The notes under the pieces were generated by a model, which worked only from the letters and a program-made list of their open reading frames with translations, was not told the DNA's origin and did no database searches. From Clostridia bacterium (lineage in GTDB: Bacteria > Bacillota > Clostridia > Christensenellales > CAG-138): 64,000 nt of DNA. Below, piece after piece: positions 56,805 through 64,000 of this stretch. The stretch spans positions 1,038-65,037 of the forward strand of contig JAEDCW010000002.1 of the NCBI GenBank assembly GCA_016293975.1, read 5' to 3'. A program made the position numbers and the translations under genes. The first letter of the stretch is position 1, and every line of letters begins with the position of its first letter.

Positions 56805-57132
56805 TTGTGTTTTCTGTATGATAGCTGAGGGCAAAATCGGCTGTAAGAAAGTATATGAGGACGATACTGTCATAGCCTTCCATGATATTGAACCTCAGGC
56901 TCCCGTACACGTGCTCGTCATACCGAAACGGCATACGCAGAGCATACTCACAGCAGATAAGGAACTGATGGGTCATATGCTCGACGTGTGCGCAAAGCTC
57001 TCAAAGGAGTTGGAAATCGACGAGAGTGGCTTTAGAGTAGTAATGAATACCGGAGAGCACGGAAATCAATCCGTACCGCACCTGCATATGCATATACTTG
57101 GCGGCAGGTCGATGCAGTGGCCTCCGGGCTAA
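56797..57132 (+). CDS. HIT-family (histidine triad) nucleotide hydrolase
   Basis: Contains CVFCMI and the histidine triad VPHLHMHILGG. GTG start, 6 nt after AAAGGAG. Confidence 0.88.
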   Translation: MDNCVFCMIAEGKIGCKKVYEDDTVIAFHDIEPQAPVHVLVIPKRHTQSILTADKELMGHMLDVCAKLSKELEIDESGFRVVMNTGEHGNQSVPHLHMHILGGRSMQWPPG

Positions 57133-57180
57133 TATATTTTGGGTTTCTCGGAAATTGGGCGTACTTTCCTACTTTGTCTA

Positions 57181-57209
57181 TTGACTTATGTCACCGGAAC
57201 AATTATAAT
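57181..57209 (+). promoter_or_regulatory. sigma-A-type promoter for rpsU
   Basis: TTGACT (57181-57186), 17 nt spacer, TATAAT (57204-57209). The leader is about 70 nt. Confidence 0.6.
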
Positions 57210-57286
57210 ACTGCTGTTGTTTTATTATGTCCTAATGCTCAAATATCGGCTTGTTCGATGTTGCATCAGAGGGGAGGGATAAGTTA

Positions 57287-57454
57287 ATGGAAATTCGTGT
57301 TGGCGAAAATGAAACCCTTGAGAGTGCTCTTAAGAGGTGGAAGCGTAAGTGCGCACGTTCTGGCGTCATGGCAGAGGTCCGCAGACGCGAGCATTATGAG
57401 AAGCCCAGCGTAAGGCGTAGGAAAAAGGCCGAAGTTGCGAGAAAGCGTAAATAA
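57287..57454 (+). CDS. rpsU: 30S ribosomal protein S21
   Basis: 55 aa. [45 protein letters not shown] matches bS21. GGGGAGGG lies 8 nt upstream of the ATG. Confidence 0.9.
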   Translation: MEIRVGENETLESALKRWKRKCARSGVMAEVRRREHYEKPSVRRRKKAEVARKRK

Positions 57455-57539
57455 GTCATGTCTGTTGTGAGTTTAGAACTCAATGTCTATAGTTGGTTTA
57501 CGAACCGCTGATGTATTGCATGGACTTATAATGAACAAA

Positions 57540-57567
57540 AACCCGTTGCGTGACAACGGGTTCTTTT
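57540..57567 (+). terminator. intrinsic terminator after rpsU
   Basis: AACCCGTTG-cgtga-CAACGGGTT followed by CTTTTG. Confidence 0.7.
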
Positions 57568-57691
57568 GTTGTACAATGAAAAGAAGCTGCTAAGCAGGTG
57601 GTTCAAAAGAGTCTTTTGCCGATGAGAAAAAACAACTATGATAAAATGCAAAAGGTCTGCCAGCCAGGAGCAAAAACATGGGAGGTCAATC

Positions 57692-58097
57692 ATGAAAATC
57701 GACGCAAGCAGTACAGCACACAACACGGAATTGCAAATATCACATAGTATTTGCACCGAAACATAGGCGTCAAGTAATCTACGGCAAGATAAAAGCAGAT
57801 ACAGGACGAATACGGAAGGAACTATGTGGATCGAAAGGAATAGTAACGATACCACCAAAGATAGCGGCAACAAGCTTTAAGGGATACTTAAAAGGAAGTG
57901 GCAATACAATGCTGTATGAGCACTTCGGCGAGTTGAAGTACAAGCATAGGAGCAGAGAATTCTGGTGTACAGGATATTACGTATTTACAGTAGGAAAGAA
58001 CAAAAGGTAATAGCAGAATGCATACGGAATCAATCATAAGAAGATTTAAAGTATAAACAATGAACACAAAGAATTGGCAGACCCGTTTATGCTGAGC
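57692..58097 (+). pseudogene. tnpA: IS200-type tnpA pseudogene lacking the HUH motif
   Basis: The readable frame gives ..HTTRNCKYHIVFAPKHRRQVIYGKIKADTGRIRKELCGSKGIV-TIPPKIAATSFKGYLKGS..FGELKYKHRSREFWCTGYYV.TVGKNKR**. A frameshift separates it from the ATG at 57692. About 17 codons are missing where EAE.CPDHIHMLVS should be, and stops occur in the C-terminal part. Confidence 0.8.
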
Positions 58098-58211
58098 CTG
58101 TTAAGGCAAAAAACAACCGATTTAGCGGTAGCAAAGAGACAGCTTGCGGTTGGCAGATTATTCGGTGGGCTTTAAGCGCCGCCGCTAACAGCAGCTTACA
58201 GCCACAGAGTA

Positions 58212-58234
58212 AACCACCCCTTGGAAGGGTGGTT
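58212..58234 (-). terminator. hairpin downstream of mtaB (also the 3' boundary hairpin of IS200 relic 2)
   Basis: AACCACCC (58212-58219) pairs with GGGTGGTT (58227-58234). Only a short T-run follows on the minus strand. Confidence 0.4.
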
Positions 58235-58256
58235 GTTGTAGTGTAAGCCATCACTG

Positions 58257-59552
58257 TTACTGGGCTAGTCGTGCTATTATCTCATTTCCTACGACGGTAA
58301 CAAGCTTGCATGCTTGAATTGTGCCGCACAGAGAATCGTCTATACAGGGGAGCTTGACGCGCATATAATTTCCGGTATATCCAACGGCGAAACCATCCTC
58401 GCATGTCTCAAATAATACGCCTTGTATGTCGCCTATAAAGCGGGAAAGGAACGCCTGTTCAAGCTCGTCTGCCTTGACGATGAGCTGTTTTGCCCGCTCA
58501 TGCTTTACGCTGTTTCTTATCTGGTTGGGCATTTTTGCGGCCACAGTACCCGAACGCCTTGAATACGGGAATATATGTATGCGTGCAAAGCCTATTTTCT
58601 CGGCAAACTCAAGCGTTTCATTGAATTCCTCGTCTGTTTCGCCGGGGAAGCCCACAATTATGTCAGTTGTTATCGCCGCATCAGGCATATAGCGCCTCAA
58701 GAGCTCACAACACTCGGTATAGTTGGATGTAGTGTAGCGCCTTCGCATACGCGCGAGCACCGTATCAGAACCGCTTTGGAGCGACAGATGAAACTGATGA
58801 CATATACGCCTGTTTTCCGCAAGTCCATTGACAAACTCCTCGGAAAGGAGCTGAGGTTCGAGCGAACCGAGACGAATCCTCTCAATGCCGTCAAGTCCGT
58901 CGAAAAGTCTGAACACGTCAAACAGGTCGGTACCGTCGTGTAATTCTTTGCCGAAAGACATCAAGTGTATGCCCGTCAGTACAACTTCCTTGAAACCCGA
59001 AGCTTCGAGCTTAACGAGTTCCTCGCGTATGTTCTCGAGGGACCTGCTCCTTATGTTGCCACGAACGTAGGGGATAGCGCAATAAGTACAAAAGCGGTCA
59101 CAGCCGTCCTGGATCTTAAGATGTGCCCTTGTGCGTCCCTCGTGCGTGGCGGATATGTTCTCAAAGCTTAAATTGTGAAGAGGCTTTACGGCGTTTGTTA
59201 CACTTTTCGAACCGTCAAAAAGTGCCTCGGTAAGCTTTACTATCTGTTTTCTTTCGGACGTGCCCGCAACCAAAGATACACCGGGGATGGAAAGCACCTC
59301 TTCGGATGCCCTCTGTGCATAACAGCCTACGACTATTATCTTGGCATCGGGGGAAAGTTCGTGGGCTCGCGAAATCATCTGTCTTGACTTTTTGTCGGCT
59401 ACCTGCGTGACCGTGCAGGTGTTTATAACATAAACATCCGCGGGCGCAGCAAACGGGACCTCCTTATGGCCTGCGGCCTCGAACAGCTCACGCATAGTCT
59501 GTGTGTCATATTGGTTGACCTTGCAACCCAGAGTATAGAAAGCAATGTTCAT
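58257..59552 (-). CDS. mtaB: tRNA (N6-threonylcarbamoyladenosine-37) methylthiotransferase MtaB
   Basis: N-terminal UPF0004 domain (FYTLGCKVNQYDTQ) and radical SAM motif GCDRFCTYCAIP, with a C-terminal TRAM-like region. Synteny dnaJ-prmA-rsmE-mtaB supports the call. Confidence 0.88.
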   Translation of the reverse strand: MNIAFYTLGCKVNQYDTQTMRELFEAAGHKEVPFAAPADVYVINTCTVTQVADKKSRQMISRAHELSPDAKIIVVGCYAQRASEEVLSIPGVSLVAGTSERKQIVKLTEALFDGSKSVTNAVKPLHNLSFENISATHEGRTRAHLKIQDGCDRFCTYCAIPYVRGNIRSRSLENIREELVKLEASGFKEVVLTGIHLMSFGKELHDGTDLFDVFRLFDGLDGIERIRLGSLEPQLLSEEFVNGLAENRRICHQFHLSLQSGSDTVLARMRRRYTTSNYTECCELLRRYMPDAAITTDIIVGFPGETDEEFNETLEFAEKIGFARIHIFPYSRRSGTVAAKMPNQIRNSVKHERAKQLIVKADELEQAFLSRFIGDIQGVLFETCEDGFAVGYTGNYMRVKLPCIDDSLCGTIQACKLVTVVGNEIIARLAQ

Positions 59553-59553
59553 G

Positions 59554-60282
59554 TTACAGTTCCAATTCGTAATTAATCATTGCAAGCATGGCCATCCCTG
59601 CCGTTTCGGTCCTGAGTATTCTTGTACCGAGCGATACAGAGTATGATCCGTTTGCGGTAAGCCAGCTCACTTCATCGGGCGCAAACCCACCTTCGGGGCC
59701 TACGATTATTGCGATATTCTTAGGATGAGTGACCGCTTTGAGCACATCTTTAAGCGTTTTGCCGGACTCGGATTCGTAGGCAAGAATCACAATGTCATAA
59801 TTGCTCAAATCAAGCTTATTTAGCCGTGTCACAGGCAGAATCTCAGGAAGTATACCGCGTTTTGATTGCTTTGCGGCCTCATATGCCACCCGAGACATGC
59901 GTATACGCTTGGATTCGGAATCGCGCTTGTCGAGCTTTATAACACAGCGCTCCGATTCTACAGGGCAAATCGCAAATACTCCGAGCTCCACTGACTTTTG
60001 TATTATAGTCTCAAGTTTCGCCGCTTTTGGCAGACACTGAAACAGAGTTACTTGATACTTGGATTCGGTGGGAGAGGGGAAATGTTTAAGTAGCTTCAGC
60101 GATACGCAATCCTTGTTGATTTTGCTTATCTCGGCGATGTAGTCGTTACACTGTCCGTCGCAGAGTTCAATCGTATCGCCGATGGAAAGCCTTAGCACCT
60201 TGGATATATGCGCCACGTCATTTCCAACTATCTTGGCAGTTTCCTCGCCTATAAGTTCGGCCGGTGTGAAGAATCTGTTCAT
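59554..60282 (-). CDS. rsmE: 16S rRNA (uracil1498-N3)-methyltransferase RsmE
   Basis: Starts MNRFF and carries the SPOUT C-terminal motifs IVGPEGGFAPDEV and LGTRILRTETA. The ATG overlaps the prmA stop (ATGA). Confidence 0.88.
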   Translation of the reverse strand: MNRFFTPAELIGEETAKIVGNDVAHISKVLRLSIGDTIELCDGQCNDYIAEISKINKDCVSLKLLKHFPSPTESKYQVTLFQCLPKAAKLETIIQKSVELGVFAICPVESERCVIKLDKRDSESKRIRMSRVAYEAAKQSKRGILPEILPVTRLNKLDLSNYDIVILAYESESGKTLKDVLKAVTHPKNIAIIVGPEGGFAPDEVSWLTANGSYSVSLGTRILRTETAGMAMLAMINYELEL

Positions 60283-61241
60283 ATTGCCTTTGCCGAGAGT
60301 GCGACCCATTCACCGCTTATTCGTTCATCTATTATCTCAAAACCGGACGCCTCAAACGCCTGCTTGACCTCTTCGAGACGGTCGAGAATTATACCGGAGG
60401 CGATGTAAATGCCATCGGGGGTGAGAAAGTCACGCACCAGTGGCGTAAGCGGAATTATGACTGAGGCGACTATGTTTGCCGTTACCATGTCATAGTGTGT
60501 TTGGCGAATGCTCTCCTGCAGGTTAGTATCCTCAAGTATATTGGCTACGAGAATCTTATACTCGTCTCCAAGTCCGTTCATATCGGCGTTATCTCTGGCG
60601 ATTGAGTCGACAATTGGGTCTATGTCTACGGCAAGCGCATGTGAGGCTCCCAAAAGCACAGCCGCTATAGAGAGTATGCCGCTCCCACAGCCGAGGTCGA
60701 GTATTGACATATCGTCGCACACATACTTTTCGACCATCTCAAGGCATAGTCTCGTAGTGTTGTGAGTACCCGTACCAAACGCCATACCCGGGTCGAGCTT
60801 TAGGACTTTCCTGTCGGTATCTCCAGCATTTTCCCACGAGGGGCATACGAGAAGTTTTTCGCCAATGCAGAGCGGTTTATAGTATGCCTTCCAGTTGTTC
60901 GCCCAGTCCTCTTCTTTTAAATTATGGACTTTAATCTCAAGCGAACCCATATCGATACCAATATCCATTCCCTTGAGCTCCTCGATAGCGGGGAATATCG
61001 AATCTATCAGGGACTTGTTTTCGGGCAAATCTGCGATGTATGCGGCCACACACGGTGTTTTGTCGCCGTTAATCTCTTCAGGGTCGGCATAGTCCCAGAA
61101 CTCTGCGGCGTCATGGAGGTACGAATCTATGGCTTCGATACCCTCGTCAATCTCAGCCTGGGTTATTCCTAGAGCGTCGAGCCGTCCGAGCACGATATCG
61201 AGACCTTCAATAGTTGTATAAATCGAAATCTTCTTCCACAT
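60279..61241 (-). CDS. prmA: ribosomal protein L11 methyltransferase
   Basis: Contains DPGMAFGTGTHNTT, the SAM motif ILDLGCGSGILSIAA and ANI. The gene lies downstream of dnaJ. Confidence 0.9.
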   Translation of the reverse strand: MWKKISIYTTIEGLDIVLGRLDALGITQAEIDEGIEAIDSYLHDAAEFWDYADPEEINGDKTPCVAAYIADLPENKSLIDSIFPAIEELKGMDIGIDMGSLEIKVHNLKEEDWANNWKAYYKPLCIGEKLLVCPSWENAGDTDRKVLKLDPGMAFGTGTHNTTRLCLEMVEKYVCDDMSILDLGCGSGILSIAAVLLGASHALAVDIDPIVDSIARDNADMNGLGDEYKILVANILEDTNLQESIRQTHYDMVTANIVASVIIPLTPLVRDFLTPDGIYIASGIILDRLEEVKQAFEASGFEIIDERISGEWVALSAKAI

Positions 61242-61269
61242 AAAAAAACTCCTATACTTACTGCTTTAG

Positions 61270-61298
61270 ATAATAGTATAATTTGGCGTTTTAGGCAA
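61270..61298 (-). promoter_or_regulatory. candidate internal promoter for prmA-rsmE-mtaB
   Basis: The minus strand reads TTGCCT (61298-61293), 17 nt spacer, TATTAT (61275-61270). Confidence 0.35.
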
Positions 61299-61357
61299 CC
61301 TCGGAAAAAGAAAGGGAAGATGCATATGGGAAACTGCTGTGGGTGAACTCATCTTAT

Positions 61358-61397
61358 TTGCACAACAAAACAGCTTCTCGCATGTAAAAAGCTGTTT
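61358..61397 (-). terminator. probable terminator or attenuator after dnaJ
   Basis: AAACAGCTT (61368-61376) pairs with AAGCTGTTT (61389-61397). On the minus strand the stem runs into TTTTGTTGTG. Confidence 0.45.
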
Positions 61398-61441
61398 GTT
61401 TGATTCATATTTGAGGGCAAAGCGCTTGCTTTACAATGGGT

Positions 61442-62575
61442 TTAGCGCTTCTTGAAAATCTTACGCTTTTCCGCATGTGCCGGTTTACCTTCGCCCAAGG
61501 ATTCGCTGAGCTTTTGAACGAGCTCTATTTGTTCTGCTGTAAGCTTCTTCGGAATCTCAACATTTGTATGTACATACATATCGCCCTTAAACGAGCTGTT
61601 GGGCTTTGATACGCCCTGACCCTTAAGTCTGAATGTCGTACCGGGCTGAGTACCAACAGGTATCGTGTGCTTTACCTTGCCGTTGATGGTATCAAGATCG
61701 ATAGTGCCACCGAGCATTGCAAGAGTTGCGGATATCGTGATGTCGACATGTATATCCGAGCCTTTTCTTATGAATGTCTTATGCGGCTTGACTGTGAGCT
61801 TAATGTACAGGTCGCCTTTGGGTCCGCCTCTGAGACCGTCCTCGCCTTCACCTCTTACTGTTAGAGTATCTCCCGTATCGACGCCGGCAGGTATGTTTAC
61901 GGTGATTTTGCGAGACGCTCTGACTCTGCCACTGCCACGGCAATCGCTGCAGGGGGTCTCTATGATCTTACCTGTGCCGCCGCAGGATTCACACGGGCGC
62001 ACAGTCGACATGACGCCCATAATGGTCTGCTGCCTTACACGCACCTGTCCGCTGCCTCCACAAGTGGTACAGGTCTTCGCTTCGGTGCCGGGTTTTGCAC
62101 CGCTACCATGGCATGTCTGACAGTTTTCCTCGCGATTTATAGTGATTTCCTTCTTAGTTCCGAATACAGCTTCTTCGAATGTGATTGTAAGCCTATAGCC
62201 AACATCATCTCCGGCTACAGGACCTGTGCGACTCTGCTGAGAACCGCTAAAGCCACCGCCAAAGAATGAGCCGAATATATCTGCAAAGTCCCCAAAGCCG
62301 GTTGTGGTGTAAGCACCGCCGTAACCGCCCGATGCACCTGCCGATGGGTCAAATGCGGCATGACCGAACTGGTCGTACTGTGCACGCTTCTGAGGATCGC
62401 TGAGCACATTGTACGCCTCATTAACTTCCTTGAACTTGGCTTCAGCTTCGGTATCATTAGGATGCAGGTCCGGATGATACTTCTTGGCAGCCTGCCTGAA
62501 AGCGCTCTTTAATTCTGCATCGGTTGCGGTCTTCTGAACACCGAGGACCTCATAATAATCTCTTTTTGTTGCCAC
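61442..62575 (-). CDS. dnaJ: molecular chaperone DnaJ
   Basis: J-domain with YHPD, a G/F-rich region, and four CxxCxGxG zinc-finger repeats (CQTCHGSG, CTTCGGSG, CESCGGTG, CSDCRGSG). Confidence 0.95.
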   Translation of the reverse strand: MATKRDYYEVLGVQKTATDAELKSAFRQAAKKYHPDLHPNDTEAEAKFKEVNEAYNVLSDPQKRAQYDQFGHAAFDPSAGASGGYGGAYTTTGFGDFADIFGSFFGGGFSGSQQSRTGPVAGDDVGYRLTITFEEAVFGTKKEITINREENCQTCHGSGAKPGTEAKTCTTCGGSGQVRVRQQTIMGVMSTVRPCESCGGTGKIIETPCSDCRGSGRVRASRKITVNIPAGVDTGDTLTVRGEGEDGLRGGPKGDLYIKLTVKPHKTFIRKGSDIHVDITISATLAMLGGTIDLDTINGKVKHTIPVGTQPGTTFRLKGQGVSKPNSSFKGDMYVHTNVEIPKKLTAEQIELVQKLSESLGEGKPAHAEKRKIFKKR

Positions 62576-62683
62576 TTCCCCAAAACTCCTAAACTTAGCA
62601 AACAGGCGTAATCGCTACGCCCCGTTGCATGAATATTATTTGGTAGGCGGTGGGGCTACCTGCCTCACCGCCGTGTAATTCTA

Positions 62684-64000
62684 TTATTTATGCTGGTTGT
62701 CGTCAACAGGTTCGTACTCAGCATCGACTACATTGTCGTCCTGAGGCTTGTACTGACCATCGCCGTTCGGGGCAGAACCCTGCTGCTGTTCTGCGGCTGT
62801 CTGCTGATATACTTTGCCGAATATCTCGTAAGATACCTCGGTAAGCTTATCGCAAGCGGCCTTTATTGCAGCTGTATCCGAACCTGCCGCCGCATTCTTG
62901 ACGGCTTCAATCTCGGACTGAATCTTGGTCTTATCGTCAGCGGGTATCTTGTCGCCCAGTTCACGCATTGACTTCTCTGTCTGGTAGACGAGGGAGTCTG
63001 CATGGTTCTTAGCTTCGACTTCTTCCTTGCGAGCTCTATCTTCCTGAGCAAACTGTTCAGCTTCACGTACGGCCTTTTTAATCTCTTCCTCGTTGAGGTT
63101 GGTAGAAGCCGTGATAGTTACCTTCTGTTCGTTGCCCGTGGCAAGATCCTTTGCGGATACGTGAACAATACCGTTGGCATCGATGTCGAACTTGACCTCA
63201 ATCTGCGGTACGCCTCTGGGCGCAGGAGCGATACCTGCGAGCTGGAAGCGACCGAGTGTCTTGTTGTACTGGGCAAGCTCACGTTCGCCCTGGAGTACAT
63301 GAACCTCAACGCTGGTCTGTCCGTCAGCCGCAGTGGAGAATATCTGGCTCTTCTGTGTAGGAATGGTCGTGTTTCTGTCAATCAGCTTTGTAAATACGCC
63401 ACCGACTGTCTCGATACCGAGGGAGAGGGGGGTGACATCGAGCAATACGATGTCCTGAACCTCGCCGCCGAGAACGCCGCCCTGAATTGCGGCACCTATT
63501 GCTACACATTCATCGGGGTTGATTCCCTTAAAGGGCTCTTTGCCTGTAACGGACTTTACTGTTTCCTGTACGGCAGGAATACGAGATGAACCGCCTACGA
63601 GTATGACTTTGTCAATCTTTTCGGTGGTGATGCCTGCATCCTTGATTGCCTGGTACATACATTTCTTTGTGCTCTCAACCAGATCCGCTGTCAACTCATT
63701 GAACTTAGCGCGTGTGATCGTCATGTCGAGGTGTTTGGGACCTGTGGCGTCTGCGGTGATGAAGGGCAGGTTTACATTCGTGGACATTACGTTCGAAAGC
63801 TCGATTTTGGCCTTCTCAGCTGCTTCCTTGAGCCTCTGCAGTGCCATCCTGTCGGTACGCAGGTCTATGCCGGTTTCCTTTTTGAACTGCTCACAGATGT
63901 AATCCATAAGCCTCTGATCAAAGTCGTCGCCGCCGAGCCTGTTGTTACCGTTTGTGGCAAGAACCTCAAATACGCCGTCACCTATCTCGAGCAGTGATAC
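62684..64000 (-). CDS. dnaK: molecular chaperone DnaK (C-terminal ~440 aa; 5' end lies outside the window)
   Basis: The frame is open to the window edge. Hsp70 blocks [15 protein letters not shown] and [11 protein letters not shown] are present, followed by the lid domain and an acidic tail. Confidence 0.95.
   Translation of the reverse strand, partial: VSLLEIGDGVFEVLATNGNNRLGGDDFDQRLMDYICEQFKKETGIDLRTDRMALQRLKEAAEKAKIELSNVMSTNVNLPFITADATGPKHLDMTITRAKFNELTADLVESTKKCMYQAIKDAGITTEKIDKVILVGGSSRIPAVQETVKSVTGKEPFKGINPDECVAIGAAIQGGVLGGEVQDIVLLDVTPLSLGIETVGGVFTKLIDRNTTIPTQKSQIFSTAADGQTSVEVHVLQGERELAQYNKTLGRFQLAGIAPAPRGVPQIEVKFDIDANGIVHVSAKDLATGNEQKVTITASTNLNEEEIKKAVREAEQFAQEDRARKEEVEAKNHADSLVYQTEKSMRELGDKIPADDKTKIQSEIEAVKNAAAGSDTAAIKAACDKLTEVSYEIFGKVYQQTAAEQQQGSAPNGDGQYKPQDDNVVDAEYEPVDDNQHK

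Larger units (their letters stand above)
57590..58234 (+). mobile_element. decayed IS200/IS605-family insertion sequence, copy 2 (more eroded)
   Basis: The 5' flank shares GTGGTTCA...CGATGAGAA blocks with copy 1, but its hairpin has lost the left arm. A tnpA relic follows, and a 3' hairpin AACCACCC..GGGTGGTT lies at 58212-58234. Confidence 0.65.

Noticed and set aside
57526-57873. A 115-aa minus-strand ORF, hydrophobic and Leu/Cys-rich, across IS200 relic 2.
   Set aside because: It is antisense to recognisable tnpA-derived sequence and overlaps the rpsU terminator. No SD is present, and it is most likely a chance ORF in decayed DNA.
58205-58245. The AAGGGTGGTT motif resembled the conserved T-box core (GGGTGGTACCGCG).
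   Set aside because: Only the GGGTGG part matches. There is no specifier-loop architecture or downstream aminoacyl-tRNA-related gene on that strand. The motif is simply the 3' arm of a hairpin.
22050-58250. The two IS200 relics in the same orientation, considered as ends of a composite transposon or genomic island (35 kb).
   Set aside because: The interior is core housekeeping (sigG, pgk-tpi, gpmI, secG, smpB, glyA, glmM, lepA, holA, rpsU). IS200/IS605 elements do not form composite transposons by the usual mechanism, and both tnpA copies are dead.
1-64000. Search for CRISPR arrays, tRNA or rRNA genes, prophage or integrase genes, toxin-antitoxin pairs, restriction-modification or other defence modules.
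   Set aside because: No regularly spaced direct repeats, no tRNA-like cloverleaf regions in the intergenic gaps I inspected, and no ORFs with integrase, nuclease-helicase or toxin motifs were seen. The only mobile DNA is the two dead IS200 copies. A formal tRNAscan, CRISPR-finder or defence-HMM run would be needed to exclude them completely.

Overview
The window is almost entirely housekeeping chromosome from a spore-forming Firmicute. A Clostridia-type origin is inferred from gene content only (spoIIID, sigG, SpoVD/SpoVE-like genes); no taxon can be proven from the sequence. Gene order is as follows. (1) 1-11.6 kb holds a dcw cell-division and cell-wall cluster: class B PBP, murE, mraY, murD, ftsW/spoVE, murA, ftsQ/divIB, ftsA, ftsZ. 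(2) 11.6-18.5 kb holds ridA, a short comEC, a GT2-GtrA fusion, a class A PBP and an isolated mreB/mbl. (3) 18.9-22.0 kb holds three tandem M42 aminopeptidase paralogs. (4) About 22.05-22.74 kb is a decayed IS200-type element. (5) 22.8-27.0 kb holds marR plus a heterodimeric ABC exporter. (6) 27.3-29.8 kb holds a Ctp protease, spoIIID and sigG. (7) 29.8-36.1 kb holds an orphan WYL regulator, a cysteine-desulfidase-family gene, a PrsA-like lipoprotein, a mini GIY-YIG protein, yitT and alaX. (8) 37.1-40.5 kb holds gpmI and a fused pgk-tpiA. (9) 40.7-57.5 kb holds secG, smpB, glyA, a fused nadD-yqeK, rsfS, a DD-carboxypeptidase, trxB, glmM, lepA, hemW, ygiQ, holA, a HIT protein and rpsU. (10) About 57.6-58.2 kb is a second decayed IS200 remnant. 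(11) The remainder is the tail of the heat-shock operon on the minus strand: dnaK (partial), dnaJ, prmA, rsmE, mtaB. I found no rRNA or tRNA genes, no CRISPR array, no prophage and no recognisable defence or toxin island. I cannot point to a convincing self-contained novel system. The items most worth follow-up are: a nested-hairpin RNA element inside the dcw operon (mraY-murD spacer); back-to-back sigma-E-type and forespore-type promoters between spoIIID and sigG; an orphan WYL regulator; a DNA-binding-domain-less I-TevI-like GIY-YIG protein coupled to prsA; a small Cys-rich protein with Gin/CsfB-like cysteine spacing; PGK-TIM and NadD-YqeK fusions; a probably leaderless holA; and the two IS200 relics. 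All function calls rest on motifs read by eye and remembered family signatures. No database search was run.
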